The translations under genes were made by a program, and so were the position numbers. The notes beneath the pieces are model-generated. The model had not been told where the DNA came from, searched no databases, and was given only the letters and a program-made list of their open reading frames with translations. Positions 53,331 through 63,220 of a stretch of 64,000 nucleotides of DNA are shown here, piece by piece. Source of the DNA: Candidatus Eiseniibacteriota bacterium (lineage in GTDB: Bacteria; Eisenbacteria; RBG-16-71-46; CAIMUX01; VGJL01); contig CAWBWI010000001.1 of NCBI GenBank assembly GCA_963792585.1, forward strand, positions 1,728,001 to 1,792,000, read 5' to 3'. Position 1 is the stretch's first letter. Every line of letters begins with the position of its first letter.

Positions 53331-54584
53331 TGGCCTCTTCCCGTCCCGGCGCCTTTCGCTCGTTGTTGATGGTCACCATTCCCCCGTTCTCCAGGTCGCG
53401 GGAAATGGCCCGATAGCTGCCGGAGACGACCTCTCCACCCTCCGCGAGGCCGTCGAGAATCTCGATGAACTCGTCGCTCTGGATGCCGGTCTTGACCTGG
53501 GTGGCGATCGCCTTGCCCTTCTCGACGCGAAAGACGATCTCGACGAACCCGTCCTCGTCCGCCTTGAAGTGCTTCTCTGCGTCCTCGCGCTTCTCCCCCT
53601 TCATCATGAGCTGGTCGAGGGTGCGGACCGCAACGCTCTGCAGCGGTACGCAAAGGGCGCTCTCGTTGGTCTTGGTGATGATCTCCGCACTCGCCGTCAT
53701 GCCGGGACGAAGGGCCGGGGGGGACTGGAAATCGCTATCTTGATCTCGAATTCCGTCTTCTGCTCCAGCGTGCCGGCGGCCCCGATGTTCGCGCTGTTGG
53801 AGATCTCGCTGACCAGACCGCGCAACTCGGTGCCGGGCATCGCATCGACCGCGATCTCGGCTTCCTGTCCGAGGGCGATGGTGACGATGTCATTCTCGTC
53901 GACATTGACCTGGGCTTCCATGGCCGAGAGATTGGCGATGACCATGATCACGTCCTTCTGGAACTGAGATCCGAGGGCAATCTCTCCTTGTTCTTTGTTC
54001 AGGGCGCTCACGGTACCCGACATCGGAGCATAGATGCTGGTCTTCGACAGGTCGGCCTGCGCCTGCTTCAGCGTGGCCTTGGCCTGCGCCACTTGGTCCT
54101 GGGCGGCCTTGTAGCGAGCGGCCTCGACCAGATAGGTGGACTCCTTCGCTTCGAAGTCTGACGGGGACTCCAGCCCGCTGGACTTGAGCTGCTGGGAGCG
54201 CTTGAATTCCTTCTCGGTTCGGTCCAAGTTCCAGCGGACCAACTCGGCGGACGCTTCTGCGGAGTGGACATTCGCTTCCGCGCTCTCGACCGCAGCGCTG
54301 TAGCGCTCACGGTCAAGCCCGACGAGGAAGGTCCCCTTCTCGACCCACTGCCCCTCGATCACGGGAAGCTGTGTGATCTTCGCGCTGACATCTGCGCTGA
54401 TCTCCACCTTGGTCTTTGGCTGGATCTTCCCGGTGGCGCTGACTTTCTGCACGATCTTGTTTCGATCGACTTTCGCCGACTGGACCTCAAGTGGCTTCGC
54501 GCCGCGTGTGCGGTAGACCACACCCGCCGCAACCCCGGCTACGACCACGATCGCAACGCCGATCAACATGTGCTTCCGCTTCAT
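53311..54584 (-). CDS. Efflux periplasmic adaptor subunit (MacA/HlyD-like); one-base deletion in the run at 53717-53723
   Basis: N-terminal transmembrane helix, [23 protein letters not shown]; adding one C gives [16 protein letters not shown] and joins ORF 53311-53700. Confidence 0.88.
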
Positions 54585-55439
54585 CTTCGAAGGTCTCCAA
54601 GTTTCCGGTCAGCCGCGCACTATCCAGGGACAGGGATCAGCTGGAATACGGAGCCGCGGTCGATTCGGTTGCGTGGGTCCATAGGCGGCTCCGCTTCCGG
54701 GCGACGCCGCCGCCCAGGAATCCGCGGCCGCCCAATCGAAACGAGCCCGGGGCGCTCGGGCCCCCGCTCGAGCCGGTTTGGCCGATCCCTTGTCGCTTCC
54801 ATGGACCCCATCCGGCAACATGATGGGAAAAGGCGCGCTTCCATCCTAATCACTGGAAGCCGAACGCTCGACTGTAATCCTCCATGACCGGGAGGACCAA
54901 ACGGAATCCCCCCTGTGGCTTCCACGGGCCAATCCCCATTGGTAGGGAGGCAGATACGTCTGCCCCAGGTGCCAGGTCGACCGGAATGGCGTGTCAGCGC
55001 CCGGTGGACCCGGTCCCTGGTGGCGGCGCGTAAGTGCCGTCCTTCCACCCCGGCGGAGGGCTGCTCGTCGATGCCCCGCCACATGCCAGGCTGCACACGG
55101 GAGCTCATCCACCGGCGGGGCCGTTGCCGTGTCAGGCGTCCCTTCCCTCGCTCACCTTGGAGCAATCCAAGGCCCGTCACCCGGACCGGACTCCAGCGGT
55201 TGGGTCCTCAGATCGCCTGTTGGACGGCGGCGGGGATCCGGTTGCCTCCACTCGGGATTATGGCAACGCTCTTCCACCATGTAGAATCGTTTCCCGGTTG
55301 GACGGCCCGAGGTCGCAATGGCGGTGGTTGCCGCCATTGCAGTTCCCACCGTAGTGGCGCCGAGATCCAACCAGTGCCGTGAACGCGGTGACGCGCGCTC
55401 ACGACCCGTCCAGCGTCCATGATTGGAGGTGGTTTATCG

Positions 55440-56264
55440 ATGAAGATCGGCGCGATCGCTCTCCTGTTCCTATCGATCGCGGTCAGCGCCTTTGCTGGGT
55501 CCGACCGGGTCCAGGCTCCTGGCCCCGTGGACCTACCCGGGGCGCGCGACGCATTCTACTGCCAGACGACATCCATTGACTGGAACGCCTTGAACGCGTC
55601 CAGCGGTTTCAGCAGCGAGTTGGTGGACGACATCCCCGATGCCTACGCAGGTTACTCAGTGAGTGACGTCACGTTCTACGTTGCGGAATGGAGCGGCGGC
55701 TGGACGCCATTTACCAGCATGACGGTCAACTTCTACACCGCGTCGTGCCCGCCGCACCAGACCGCGGACTTTTCATTCGAGGTGCCCTATTGGATGTGCA
55801 CGGTTGAGCAGGTCTACGCGGGCAACTGGTTCGTCTACAGCGTCCTCGTTCCTCTGCCTACAGTGATCACGATTGAAACGATGACGTCGATCGGTGGAGT
55901 CGTGAACCAAGACTGGGGCCAGAATCCCCCGTACTGCGGTCTCGTGATCTGCGACGCAGTTGCCGACTGCGGTGGCTACGTTGCTGGCGACTACTGGGGT
56001 TATCCTCGTTGGACCCCCCTCTCGTCCATTATGGGATACGACGTGGACGTCGCGTACTGCCTCAGCTATACAGGTATAGGCGGCGGCGGTACGTACGGTG
56101 CGTGCTGCTTCGCAGATGACCACTGCGAAATGCGGAGCGGGGAAGGCTGCGGGAGCGACGGTGGCCAGTTCCAGGGGGACGGCACATCCTGCGACCCGAA
56201 CCCCTGCCTCCCGAGCCCGGCGAAGAGCACGACCTGGGGTCAGATCAGGGGCACCTATCGGTAG
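55440..56264 (+). CDS. Secreted protein with a GACC module and a TWGQIRGTYR tail
   Basis: GGAGG RBS, signal peptide, ELVDDIP domain, GACCFADDHC...QGDGTSCDPNPC. Confidence 0.85.
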   Translation: MKIGAIALLFLSIAVSAFAGSDRVQAPGPVDLPGARDAFYCQTTSIDWNALNASSGFSSELVDDIPDAYAGYSVSDVTFYVAEWSGGWTPFTSMTVNFYTASCPPHQTADFSFEVPYWMCTVEQVYAGNWFVYSVLVPLPTVITIETMTSIGGVVNQDWGQNPPYCGLVICDAVADCGGYVAGDYWGYPRWTPLSSIMGYDVDVAYCLSYTGIGGGGTYGACCFADDHCEMRSGEGCGSDGGQFQGDGTSCDPNPCLPSPAKSTTWGQIRGTYR

Positions 56265-56411
56265 AGGTAGGTCGCCGTGGAAGCCTGCAGTGGCGCTGCG
56301 GGCTTCGGGTGGCGCGAAGCGGATTCAGGTGGCGATGAAGCGCTCCCGTCTGTAGGACAGGGGCGCTTCTGTGTCTGCAAGTCGCGGTGCGGGGGACCGC
56401 AAAATCGTGGC

Positions 56412-56813
56412 TCAATACGGCAGCGTATTGCTGCCTCTTTCATCCTCAATCCGTACGATCTGGATCACAACATACTTGCTCATGCCCCGCCATGGCACGG
56501 CATTGAGGTACTCCTTGTAGCGCAACTCGACAAACTTGCCGCTGGCGGTTTCGAGCCTCTTGGCGACACTGTCAGAGGCAACGCTGAACTCGAACTCATT
56601 GCTCTGCATCGAGCCGGGCGCCGGGGTTCGGAAACCGGTTTGAATCAAGCGGCCTTCCCAAGTCTTGAATACATAGCCTTTCTTGACCAGGTAGTTCAGA
56701 TCACCCGCCTTCACGCCCTCTCCGAAGACGAAGTAATACCGCCACCAAAGGAGCGCGCCGAGCGCCACAACGACAAGCAGCGTCCCACATCCGATGAGTC
56801 TCCCGACCTTCAT
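56412..56813 (-). CDS. Conserved small membrane-anchored protein (KGxxFKTWEG family)
   Basis: N-terminal transmembrane helix, KKGYVFKTWEG, FEFSV and PWRG motifs. Confidence 0.8.
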   Translation of the reverse strand: MKVGRLIGCGTLLVVVALGALLWWRYYFVFGEGVKAGDLNYLVKKGYVFKTWEGRLIQTGFRTPAPGSMQSNEFEFSVASDSVAKRLETASGKFVELRYKEYLNAVPWRGMSKYVVIQIVRIEDERGSNTLPY

Positions 56814-57241
56814 TTGCTATCTTCCCCCCAATACGATCGTGAGCCGGCAAGACGTATGGTATCCACGACCTACATTCGAACGCACGTCATCGATAGCCGG
56901 CGTCGCCGCCTTGCCCTGGATCGTCCGCCGCAAACGATACTCTGTTGAACGCACGGAGACCAGAAGCCATGCGGCCGGGAAGCGGCCTGCGATTCGTTCC
57001 CGTTCCGGACCGATGACTCCGCGACTCAACAATGGAATAGCACAGATCCATTGGCTCTTGCTTGAACCGATCACAGCCCGCGCTTGGCATCGCGCCGCGA
57101 AGGCCAATCTTGGCCGGCACAGCCCCGCCGGCAGTTAGCTTGAAAAGGTTCGCTCCGGGCTCCGGAACGACTACCGGCCGCAGGCACGATTCGGCGATTG
57201 CTGCGATCGATTCAGCGTGGAAGAGGGACGCGGAAGGGCGC

Positions 57242-58717
57242 CTACGAGACAACCTCCAGGTTCGGCTCCTGGTGCGCGCGCGCGGCCGGCATGCTCGCGG
57301 CCGACTCCTGCTCGTACAGGGACTCCCCGTTCCAGCAGTAGGTACAGAGCTTCTCGCGAGGCAGACCGATCGCGGCCACCATGTCCTCCAGAGTCTGGTA
57401 TCGCAAGGTCGTGAGCCCGAGGCGCTCGCGGATTCTCTCGACCATCACCCGACACTTCGAAGTGGAGGGGTCAGCGTACTCGGCCAAGGCACTCGTCGAC
57501 TCACCCTCGATTTCGCTGATCGCTCTGCGGCCGGCCAGATCAAGTTCAGACCGGGATCGCGAGAAGTTCAGGAACTTGCAGGAGTGGACCAGTGGCGGGC
57601 ATGCGGGTCGCATGTGGATCTCTCGGGCACCCGTGTCATAGAGCCGCTGGATGACGTCCTTGAGTTGGGTCCCCCGCACGATGGAGTCTTCGCAGAATAG
57701 GAGCCGCTTGCCGGCGATCTGCTCCCGGATCGGGATGAGCTTCATCTGCGCCACGAGGTCGCGCACGCGCTGTTCCTGCGGCATGAAGCTGCGCGACCAT
57801 GTCGGTGTGTACTTGACGAAGGGACGCCGGTACGCAACGCCTGCCTCCGCCGCGTATCCGATGGCGTGCCCCACACCGGAGTCGGGAACCCCCGCCACGA
57901 TGTCGACCTCCACGTCGTCGGCACGAGCGAGTGCCGCGCCGCAGCGGTAGCGGGCCTCCTCCACGTTGACTCCCTCGTAGCTCGAGGCCGGGAATCCGTA
58001 GTAGATCCACAGGAAGGAACAGATCTGCATCCGCTCTCCCGGTGGCGAGAGTTGCTCCACGCCCTCGGCGGTGAACCGGACGATCTCACCCGGCCCGAGG
58101 TCACGGTCGACCGCATAGCCAAGGTTCGGGAAGGCGCAGGTCTCGAAAGTGGCCGCGATGGCCCCGTCCTTGCGCCCGAGCACCAACGGCGTGCGGCCGA
58201 GTCGGTCCCGCGAAGCATAGATCCCATGGTCGGTGAGCAACATGACCGAGCAGGAGCCCTGGACTCTCTCGTGAACGTAGCGCAATCCATCCACCAGGTT
58301 GCCCTGCTGATTGATCAGGCCGGCGATCACCTCGGTCTGATTGAACTCGTTGCCCTTCATTTCGCTGAAGTGGACGGCCTGACCGCGCAGGAGTTCCTCT
58401 GCGAGCTTGCGCAGGTTGTCGACCCTCCCCACGGTGACGACGGCGTACTGGCCATGACGGGAGCCGATGAGCATCGGCTGGTCCTCGTAATCGCTGATCA
58501 CCCCGAGTCCCATGTTGCCGACGTGTTTGTAGAGATCGGGTTCGAACTTCGTGCGGAACGGAGCGTCGGTGATGTCGTGGATGTTCCGCTTGAAGCCTTG
58601 CTTGCCGTACACGACCATCCCGCCGCGGGATGTGCCCAGGTGAGAGTGGTAGTCGGTACCGTAGAAGAGATCCGCGATACAGTCCTGCCTGCTGGCCACG
58701 CCGAAGTAACCGCCCAA
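57242..58717 (-). CDS. purF: Amidophosphoribosyltransferase-like protein, variant lacking the N-terminal Cys
   Basis: TTG start giving MGGYFG after GAAGGGGG; DYHSHLGT-RGG, RDRLGRTPL, CSFLWIYYG, GVPDSG, EDSIVRGTQ, ACPP and LCTYCW. Confidence 0.88.
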   Translation of the reverse strand: MGGYFGVASRQDCIADLFYGTDYHSHLGTSRGGMVVYGKQGFKRNIHDITDAPFRTKFEPDLYKHVGNMGLGVISDYEDQPMLIGSRHGQYAVVTVGRVDNLRKLAEELLRGQAVHFSEMKGNEFNQTEVIAGLINQQGNLVDGLRYVHERVQGSCSVMLLTDHGIYASRDRLGRTPLVLGRKDGAIAATFETCAFPNLGYAVDRDLGPGEIVRFTAEGVEQLSPPGERMQICSFLWIYYGFPASSYEGVNVEEARYRCGAALARADDVEVDIVAGVPDSGVGHAIGYAAEAGVAYRRPFVKYTPTWSRSFMPQEQRVRDLVAQMKLIPIREQIAGKRLLFCEDSIVRGTQLKDVIQRLYDTGAREIHMRPACPPLVHSCKFLNFSRSRSELDLAGRRAISEIEGESTSALAEYADPSTSKCRVMVERIRERLGLTTLRYQTLEDMVAAIGLPREKLCTYCWNGESLYEQESAASMPAARAHQEPNLEVVS

Positions 58718-58793
58718 GCTGCTGCCCCCTTCACTCCGATGCAAGCCGGAGATCGTCCGCCATGAGAGCCGTCTGGTGGAGATCGAGGAGGCC

Positions 58794-58822
58794 AGACTAT
58801 GGCCGCCGACCGGCGGCGTCAA
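58794..58822 (-). promoter_or_regulatory. Sigma70-type promoter for purF
   Basis: TTGACG - 17 nt - TAGTCT. Confidence 0.6.
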
Positions 58823-58865
58823 TCTCGATCCTCGAGTGTCTGTCGATCCCGTGTCCAGCATGCGA

Positions 58866-58899
58866 CAACGGGACGGCGAGCCGCCCGGCCGTCCCGTTG
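58866..58899 (-). terminator. Terminator-like hairpin after the 58950-60713 gene
   Basis: Perfect 12-bp inverted repeat CAACGGGACGGC/GCCGTCCCGTTG. Confidence 0.55.
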
Positions 58900-58949
58900 C
58901 ACACGACCTTCAGCACAGGGGTGTGTTCGTCAGTGTCGAGTCGGGCGCC

Positions 58950-60713
58950 TCACCGGATGAGGACCGCCTTGCCCGACGACGTCACCCTCCCGCTCGACAC
59001 GAAGCGATACACATAGACTCCCGCGGGCGCCCCCCGTCCTTCCGCGTCGCGTCCATCCCAGCGCCAGACCACACGCTGGGCTGGTTGTGCCTCGATCTCG
59101 ACCTCCCGCACAACCCTGCCGTCGGGCGCAGCGATGATGATCGCGCCCGCAGACCACGCCGCCGAAACAAACTCGATCTCGGTCGAGCCGCGGAAGGGAT
59201 TCGGGAAGACACGCGACGTCGCGAGTGGCAGGTCAATGTCCGACACTGCGGCCGGATCGACGCCTAGGGTTCCATCGGGATTGAGGTTCTGCGCATAGAC
59301 GTCCGGACTTCCGTTGCGGGTGTCCTCCCAGATGATCCGGATCTCGCCGGTTTCATCCTGGAAGAACGGCAGGCGTGACTTCCCGCTCTGGCTCGTCGCG
59401 ACGAGGACGGGTGTCGTCGACCAGACGTTCGCCCCGGACGCGTCCAGGCGATAGGCGACCATGCGATCGCCGACGAATCCCGCCGGCGTGTCGGTGAAGA
59501 TACAGACCGCTCCAGTCCCCAGCGACGCCGCTCGAGGATACGACTTGTAGATCGTGTTCACCGGCTGGAGGACGATCCCGGAGTTTCCCCACAGCCGCGC
59601 CCCTGCTGCGGAGAACCGCTGGCCGTAGATTCCCCACTGAGTCTGAAAGGAGTTGCGTTCGTTCCAGAAGACGAAGATCTCGCCGGTGGCCGGATTGAAG
59701 GCGGTCGCGGGATCGATGTGATGCCGGGTCGCGTCCGTCGACACGAGCACGCCGTTGTGGGGGAACATCTCCACGCCGTTCGCACCAACCCTCTGAACGT
59801 AGGAGCTGAACAGGTCCATGGGAGCGCTGTGCCATCCGCAAACGGCGCCGCCGGCGCCGTCCGTCTGGATCTCGGGCGCGTAGCCCAGGGGAACGGCCGC
59901 CCCGTCGTAGATCGCAGTGAAGTTCAGCCATACGGGGATTCCGGCCGGGGTGAATCGTTGCAAGCGAATGTGCCGCGGCGACATGTACGAGCTGATGTCG
60001 CGCACCCACATCAACAAGACATCCCCGTTGAGCGATGGAACCAGATCGGGAAACGCGGGATCTTCGTTGACCACGGACACGACGGGCTTGCCGCCCACCT
60101 GGTACCGGAGCGCCCCGTCCGGAGCCACCCGTTGCATCATCATCGCGGCCGCGCCAGCGTCCGGGTAGCGGGCCCACGCGAAGACATAGTCACCGTCGGA
60201 GACCTGGCAGACCGCGGGCGTGGGCTCCCAGGCGGCGTTCTGGGAGATGTTGAGGCCGTCCGGTCCCCACGCAGACAGACCCGCGGGGGTGATCTTGTAG
60301 GCCTGAACATCGAGGTTCCCGGTGCGGATGTCGGCGAAGGTGAGAACGCAGTTACCCGCGACGTCGCAGATCAGATCCCAGTCCGTAAGCCACGTCTCCT
60401 GCGCGTGATTGCTCACAAGGATCCCGTTGTGAGCCCACTGCTCCGTTCCATCCGCAGCGAGTCGCTGCAGGCGCACGTTGTAACTCCCTGTGCTGTTGTC
60501 AAACCATCCGACATAGCAGCCACCGTCCGGCAACCCGGCGATCTTGGGGACGACATCCTCTCCGGCGCCATCGACCACCGCCAGGTTGGCCGCGGGATCC
60601 TCGGACCAGATCGCTGCTGCGGGCGCGGGCAGCAAGGCGAGTGCGACGACGATCGATGCCAGCACGGTCGCACGAAGGGTACGGATGTCGCGTGGACATG
60701 ATGGGGCTTTCAT
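58950..60713 (-). CDS. Secreted beta-propeller-like repeat protein with a FlgD-Ig C-terminus
   Basis: Signal peptide; repeated DG-GG...W-D-R...QR...G...W...G units; FPNPF...WDGRDAEG...GVYVYR. Confidence 0.85.
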   Translation of the reverse strand: MKAPSCPRDIRTLRATVLASIVVALALLPAPAAAIWSEDPAANLAVVDGAGEDVVPKIAGLPDGGCYVGWFDNSTGSYNVRLQRLAADGTEQWAHNGILVSNHAQETWLTDWDLICDVAGNCVLTFADIRTGNLDVQAYKITPAGLSAWGPDGLNISQNAAWEPTPAVCQVSDGDYVFAWARYPDAGAAAMMMQRVAPDGALRYQVGGKPVVSVVNEDPAFPDLVPSLNGDVLLMWVRDISSYMSPRHIRLQRFTPAGIPVWLNFTAIYDGAAVPLGYAPEIQTDGAGGAVCGWHSAPMDLFSSYVQRVGANGVEMFPHNGVLVSTDATRHHIDPATAFNPATGEIFVFWNERNSFQTQWGIYGQRFSAAGARLWGNSGIVLQPVNTIYKSYPRAASLGTGAVCIFTDTPAGFVGDRMVAYRLDASGANVWSTTPVLVATSQSGKSRLPFFQDETGEIRIIWEDTRNGSPDVYAQNLNPDGTLGVDPAAVSDIDLPLATSRVFPNPFRGSTEIEFVSAAWSAGAIIIAAPDGRVVREVEIEAQPAQRVVWRWDGRDAEGRGAPAGVYVYRFVSSGRVTSSGKAVLIR

Positions 60714-60900
60714 TGCGGCTCTCCCTCTGAAGGAACTCCTGAGTGACCCCCTCTCCGATGATCTGAAGGGGTCCAAAGACGCAGCGATTGTAGCAGTTCT
60801 GAGGGTCTTCCCTCTCGTGAATTCCACCCGCTGAATTCCGCCCCGCCGGCGGACGACCGCCGGGCCATCCATCGCTGGCCCCCGCCCGGAACGCGTACGC

Positions 60901-61704
60901 TCAGAACCCAGCCGCTAGCTGCACCTGGAAGCTCGTCAGCGCACCCACGTACGCCTCGGCGCCGAGTGCAACGTGCCAGTACCGGACCTCGACGCCACCC
61001 AGCGCGTGGGGGACGACACGCGCCTCACTCTGCAAATCGACGACCTCTGAGGTCTCGCGCACCAGCACCAGATCGCCACCGAGGCCCAGGTAGGGCGTGA
61101 ACACGCCCCGGAACGTGCGACCCGCCGCGACGTCGGCGCTCACGGCGTGCATATCCATGTCCTCCACGTAGAGCGTCTTGGTGTATGCGCCGCGAAGCGC
61201 GAGGGCGATCGGCATCGCCTCGCTCTGATGGAGCAGTCCGAACCTCGCCTCCAACCCGAGCCAACCGTAGTTCGCCTTTGGGTTCTTCGTGTAGAAGGCG
61301 CCCACGTCGATGGCATCGGTGACTCCCGCGCGTAGCCTTAGCTTTGGAAAGGCCTGCCTCGATCCGAGTTCGTGGTAGGCATCGGGATGCGCGAAGGTGT
61401 CGTTCCAGGCGTCGGACTTGTCCTCCACTGTGAAGGACATGTACTCGACTCCGAACACGACGCCCCGCTGTCCCAGGGTTGTCGGCGGAGCCATCATCCT
61501 GAACGCCGAGACAGAGCCGAACTCGCGCGCGAAGCGGCGGAACGCGGCCTGGGTGAGTCCGGGTGCGAACTGCACCGAGCAGTCATCGAGCGAGGCATCG
61601 ACGTGGAGATTGGGATCGGGCGGATGCCCATTCGGACCGTGGGCAAGAGCCGCCGTCGGCGCCAGCCACATCAAGGCAACCAGGATCATACGCGCACGCG
61701 CCAT
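60901..61704 (-). CDS. Probable outer-membrane beta-barrel protein
   Basis: Signal peptide, alternating amphipathic strands, terminal Phe; GGAGGG RBS. Confidence 0.65.
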   Translation of the reverse strand: MARARMILVALMWLAPTAALAHGPNGHPPDPNLHVDASLDDCSVQFAPGLTQAAFRRFAREFGSVSAFRMMAPPTTLGQRGVVFGVEYMSFTVEDKSDAWNDTFAHPDAYHELGSRQAFPKLRLRAGVTDAIDVGAFYTKNPKANYGWLGLEARFGLLHQSEAMPIALALRGAYTKTLYVEDMDMHAVSADVAAGRTFRGVFTPYLGLGGDLVLVRETSEVVDLQSEARVVPHALGGVEVRYWHVALGAEAYVGALTSFQVQLAAGF

Positions 61705-62093
61705 CACTTCTTCCCTCCCTTCCGCCTGCGGCGGTCACTCAGGAAGCCCAGACCCATGGAACCAGCGGGTCGAGGCCACCGAGGCCCGGCTCTGTGGTCC
61801 GCGCGCCACAGCCGGCGCATTGGGCGTAGCTTCGGCCGCATGTGGACGCCGCCGGAAGTTGCGGTCGACTCCAAGGGCCCCCCGTTCGGATTCGAACGAG
61901 CGAGGTTATCACCCTACGCATAGGCAGTCAATCACGGATCGCGGTCGCGTGACGCACCCGTTCCAGTGTCAGGGAAGCGGCGGGACTATCTCCTGCCCCA
62001 CCTACAAATCCCATCCGGGTTGACGCGATTGCGGCCGCGCCGCCTCGGCAGAATGGCCGTTCAGTCGGCACGGGGAACTATCGAGCGACCCGT

Positions 62094-63089
62094 CTACCGG
62101 AACATGAACTTGATCGCGCCCCAGGAGTTGCTCCGAGTAGGAACAGAACCGCAGTACCAGCGGACGCCGACCGAGTCGGGGCTAGGCGTGCAACGATTGC
62201 CCGGCCCTGACCACGAGGCGTTCGTGTATTGCCCGTCGGAACCATCGATGCTGAAGCGGGTGTTGCAGGCGCTCTCTGTGGCGTGGGCACAGCGTCGCTC
62301 ATTCTCGTCAATGGCGAGCGAATAGCAGCACGCGGCGCAAACGATCGCCCCGCACACCGTGTTGTCCCCCGCATAGATGCCCTCATAGACACCGTAGGCA
62401 TCTTCGCAAGTCTCCTGGTTGACTTCCTGAACGCAGCCGCCCCAACTCGTGCAGCAGGCTCCGGTGGGGAGCGGGATGAAGACGGGGCAGATGTTGCTGC
62501 CCTCGACACCCCACCGGACAACTCCGAAGTCGGTGATCAAGTCCTCACGAGGAGGGCTTCCATTGTCGACGAAGACCGCGCGGCCGTCCCCGGGGTAGAC
62601 CGTGGTACCGAACTCGTTCGACTGCCCGTCCTTCCCGAGTACGGCGAACCAGTAGAAGGGCCAGATGTGGTCGGTCCGCGCCTCCAGGTATCCCACGAGG
62701 TTCCCTCGCCCGACATCCGGAAAGCCATCCTCCGGAAGCTCCAAGGAGACACCCGGGCCACACGCCGCACTCGCAACTACAAGACCCTGTCCGGCCGGGA
62801 GATTGGTCTCGATTCCGAACTGGACCGCCATCACCTCGGGTGAGGTCGTTGGGTCGAACGCGGCAAGAAACCAGATGATGGCTTCATCGGTCTCAGGGGC
62901 TTTGTGAGTGGTCGTCACGAGTTCTTCGCACGTCATCGGAAGCGCGTTCGCGCAATAGTCGGTCGAGGTGTAGTAGACCGCGCTGTCGTCCGTGTGGACC
63001 AGCATCGCTCCATCTCTGTTCCTGCCGGCGAGTGCGGGGGCGCTACAGACGGCACACATTGCCAGGGCCACAGGCAATAGCGGTTTCAT
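62094..63089 (-). CDS. Secreted protein: GRNxxGAMxVHT domain, GACC modules and a SWGAIKFMFR tail
   Basis: Signal peptide; N-terminal domain aligns by eye with that of the 45505 gene. Confidence 0.85.
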   Translation of the reverse strand: MKPLLPVALAMCAVCSAPALAGRNRDGAMLVHTDDSAVYYTSTDYCANALPMTCEELVTTTHKAPETDEAIIWFLAAFDPTTSPEVMAVQFGIETNLPAGQGLVVASAACGPGVSLELPEDGFPDVGRGNLVGYLEARTDHIWPFYWFAVLGKDGQSNEFGTTVYPGDGRAVFVDNGSPPREDLITDFGVVRWGVEGSNICPVFIPLPTGACCTSWGGCVQEVNQETCEDAYGVYEGIYAGDNTVCGAIVCAACCYSLAIDENERRCAHATESACNTRFSIDGSDGQYTNASWSGPGNRCTPSPDSVGVRWYCGSVPTRSNSWGAIKFMFR

Positions 63090-63220
63090 CGGGGAGGTCC
63101 CCCTTCTTCGCCGTCAATGATAGACCGTCCGGTCCGGCTTTCGATGGGTGACTTGCGTGGCGTTGGTCCTCAAGGGACGTTGTCCTGCGCCAAGCACCGG
63201 TCTCGACGGCGTCGTCGCCG

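Noticed and set aside
54905..54945. GGGGATTGGCCCGTGGAAGCC (minus strand) resembling part of a SAM-I riboswitch
   Set aside because: The AUC-AGAG, GCAACC and GGUGC elements are absent and the downstream gene is unrelated to methionine metabolism.
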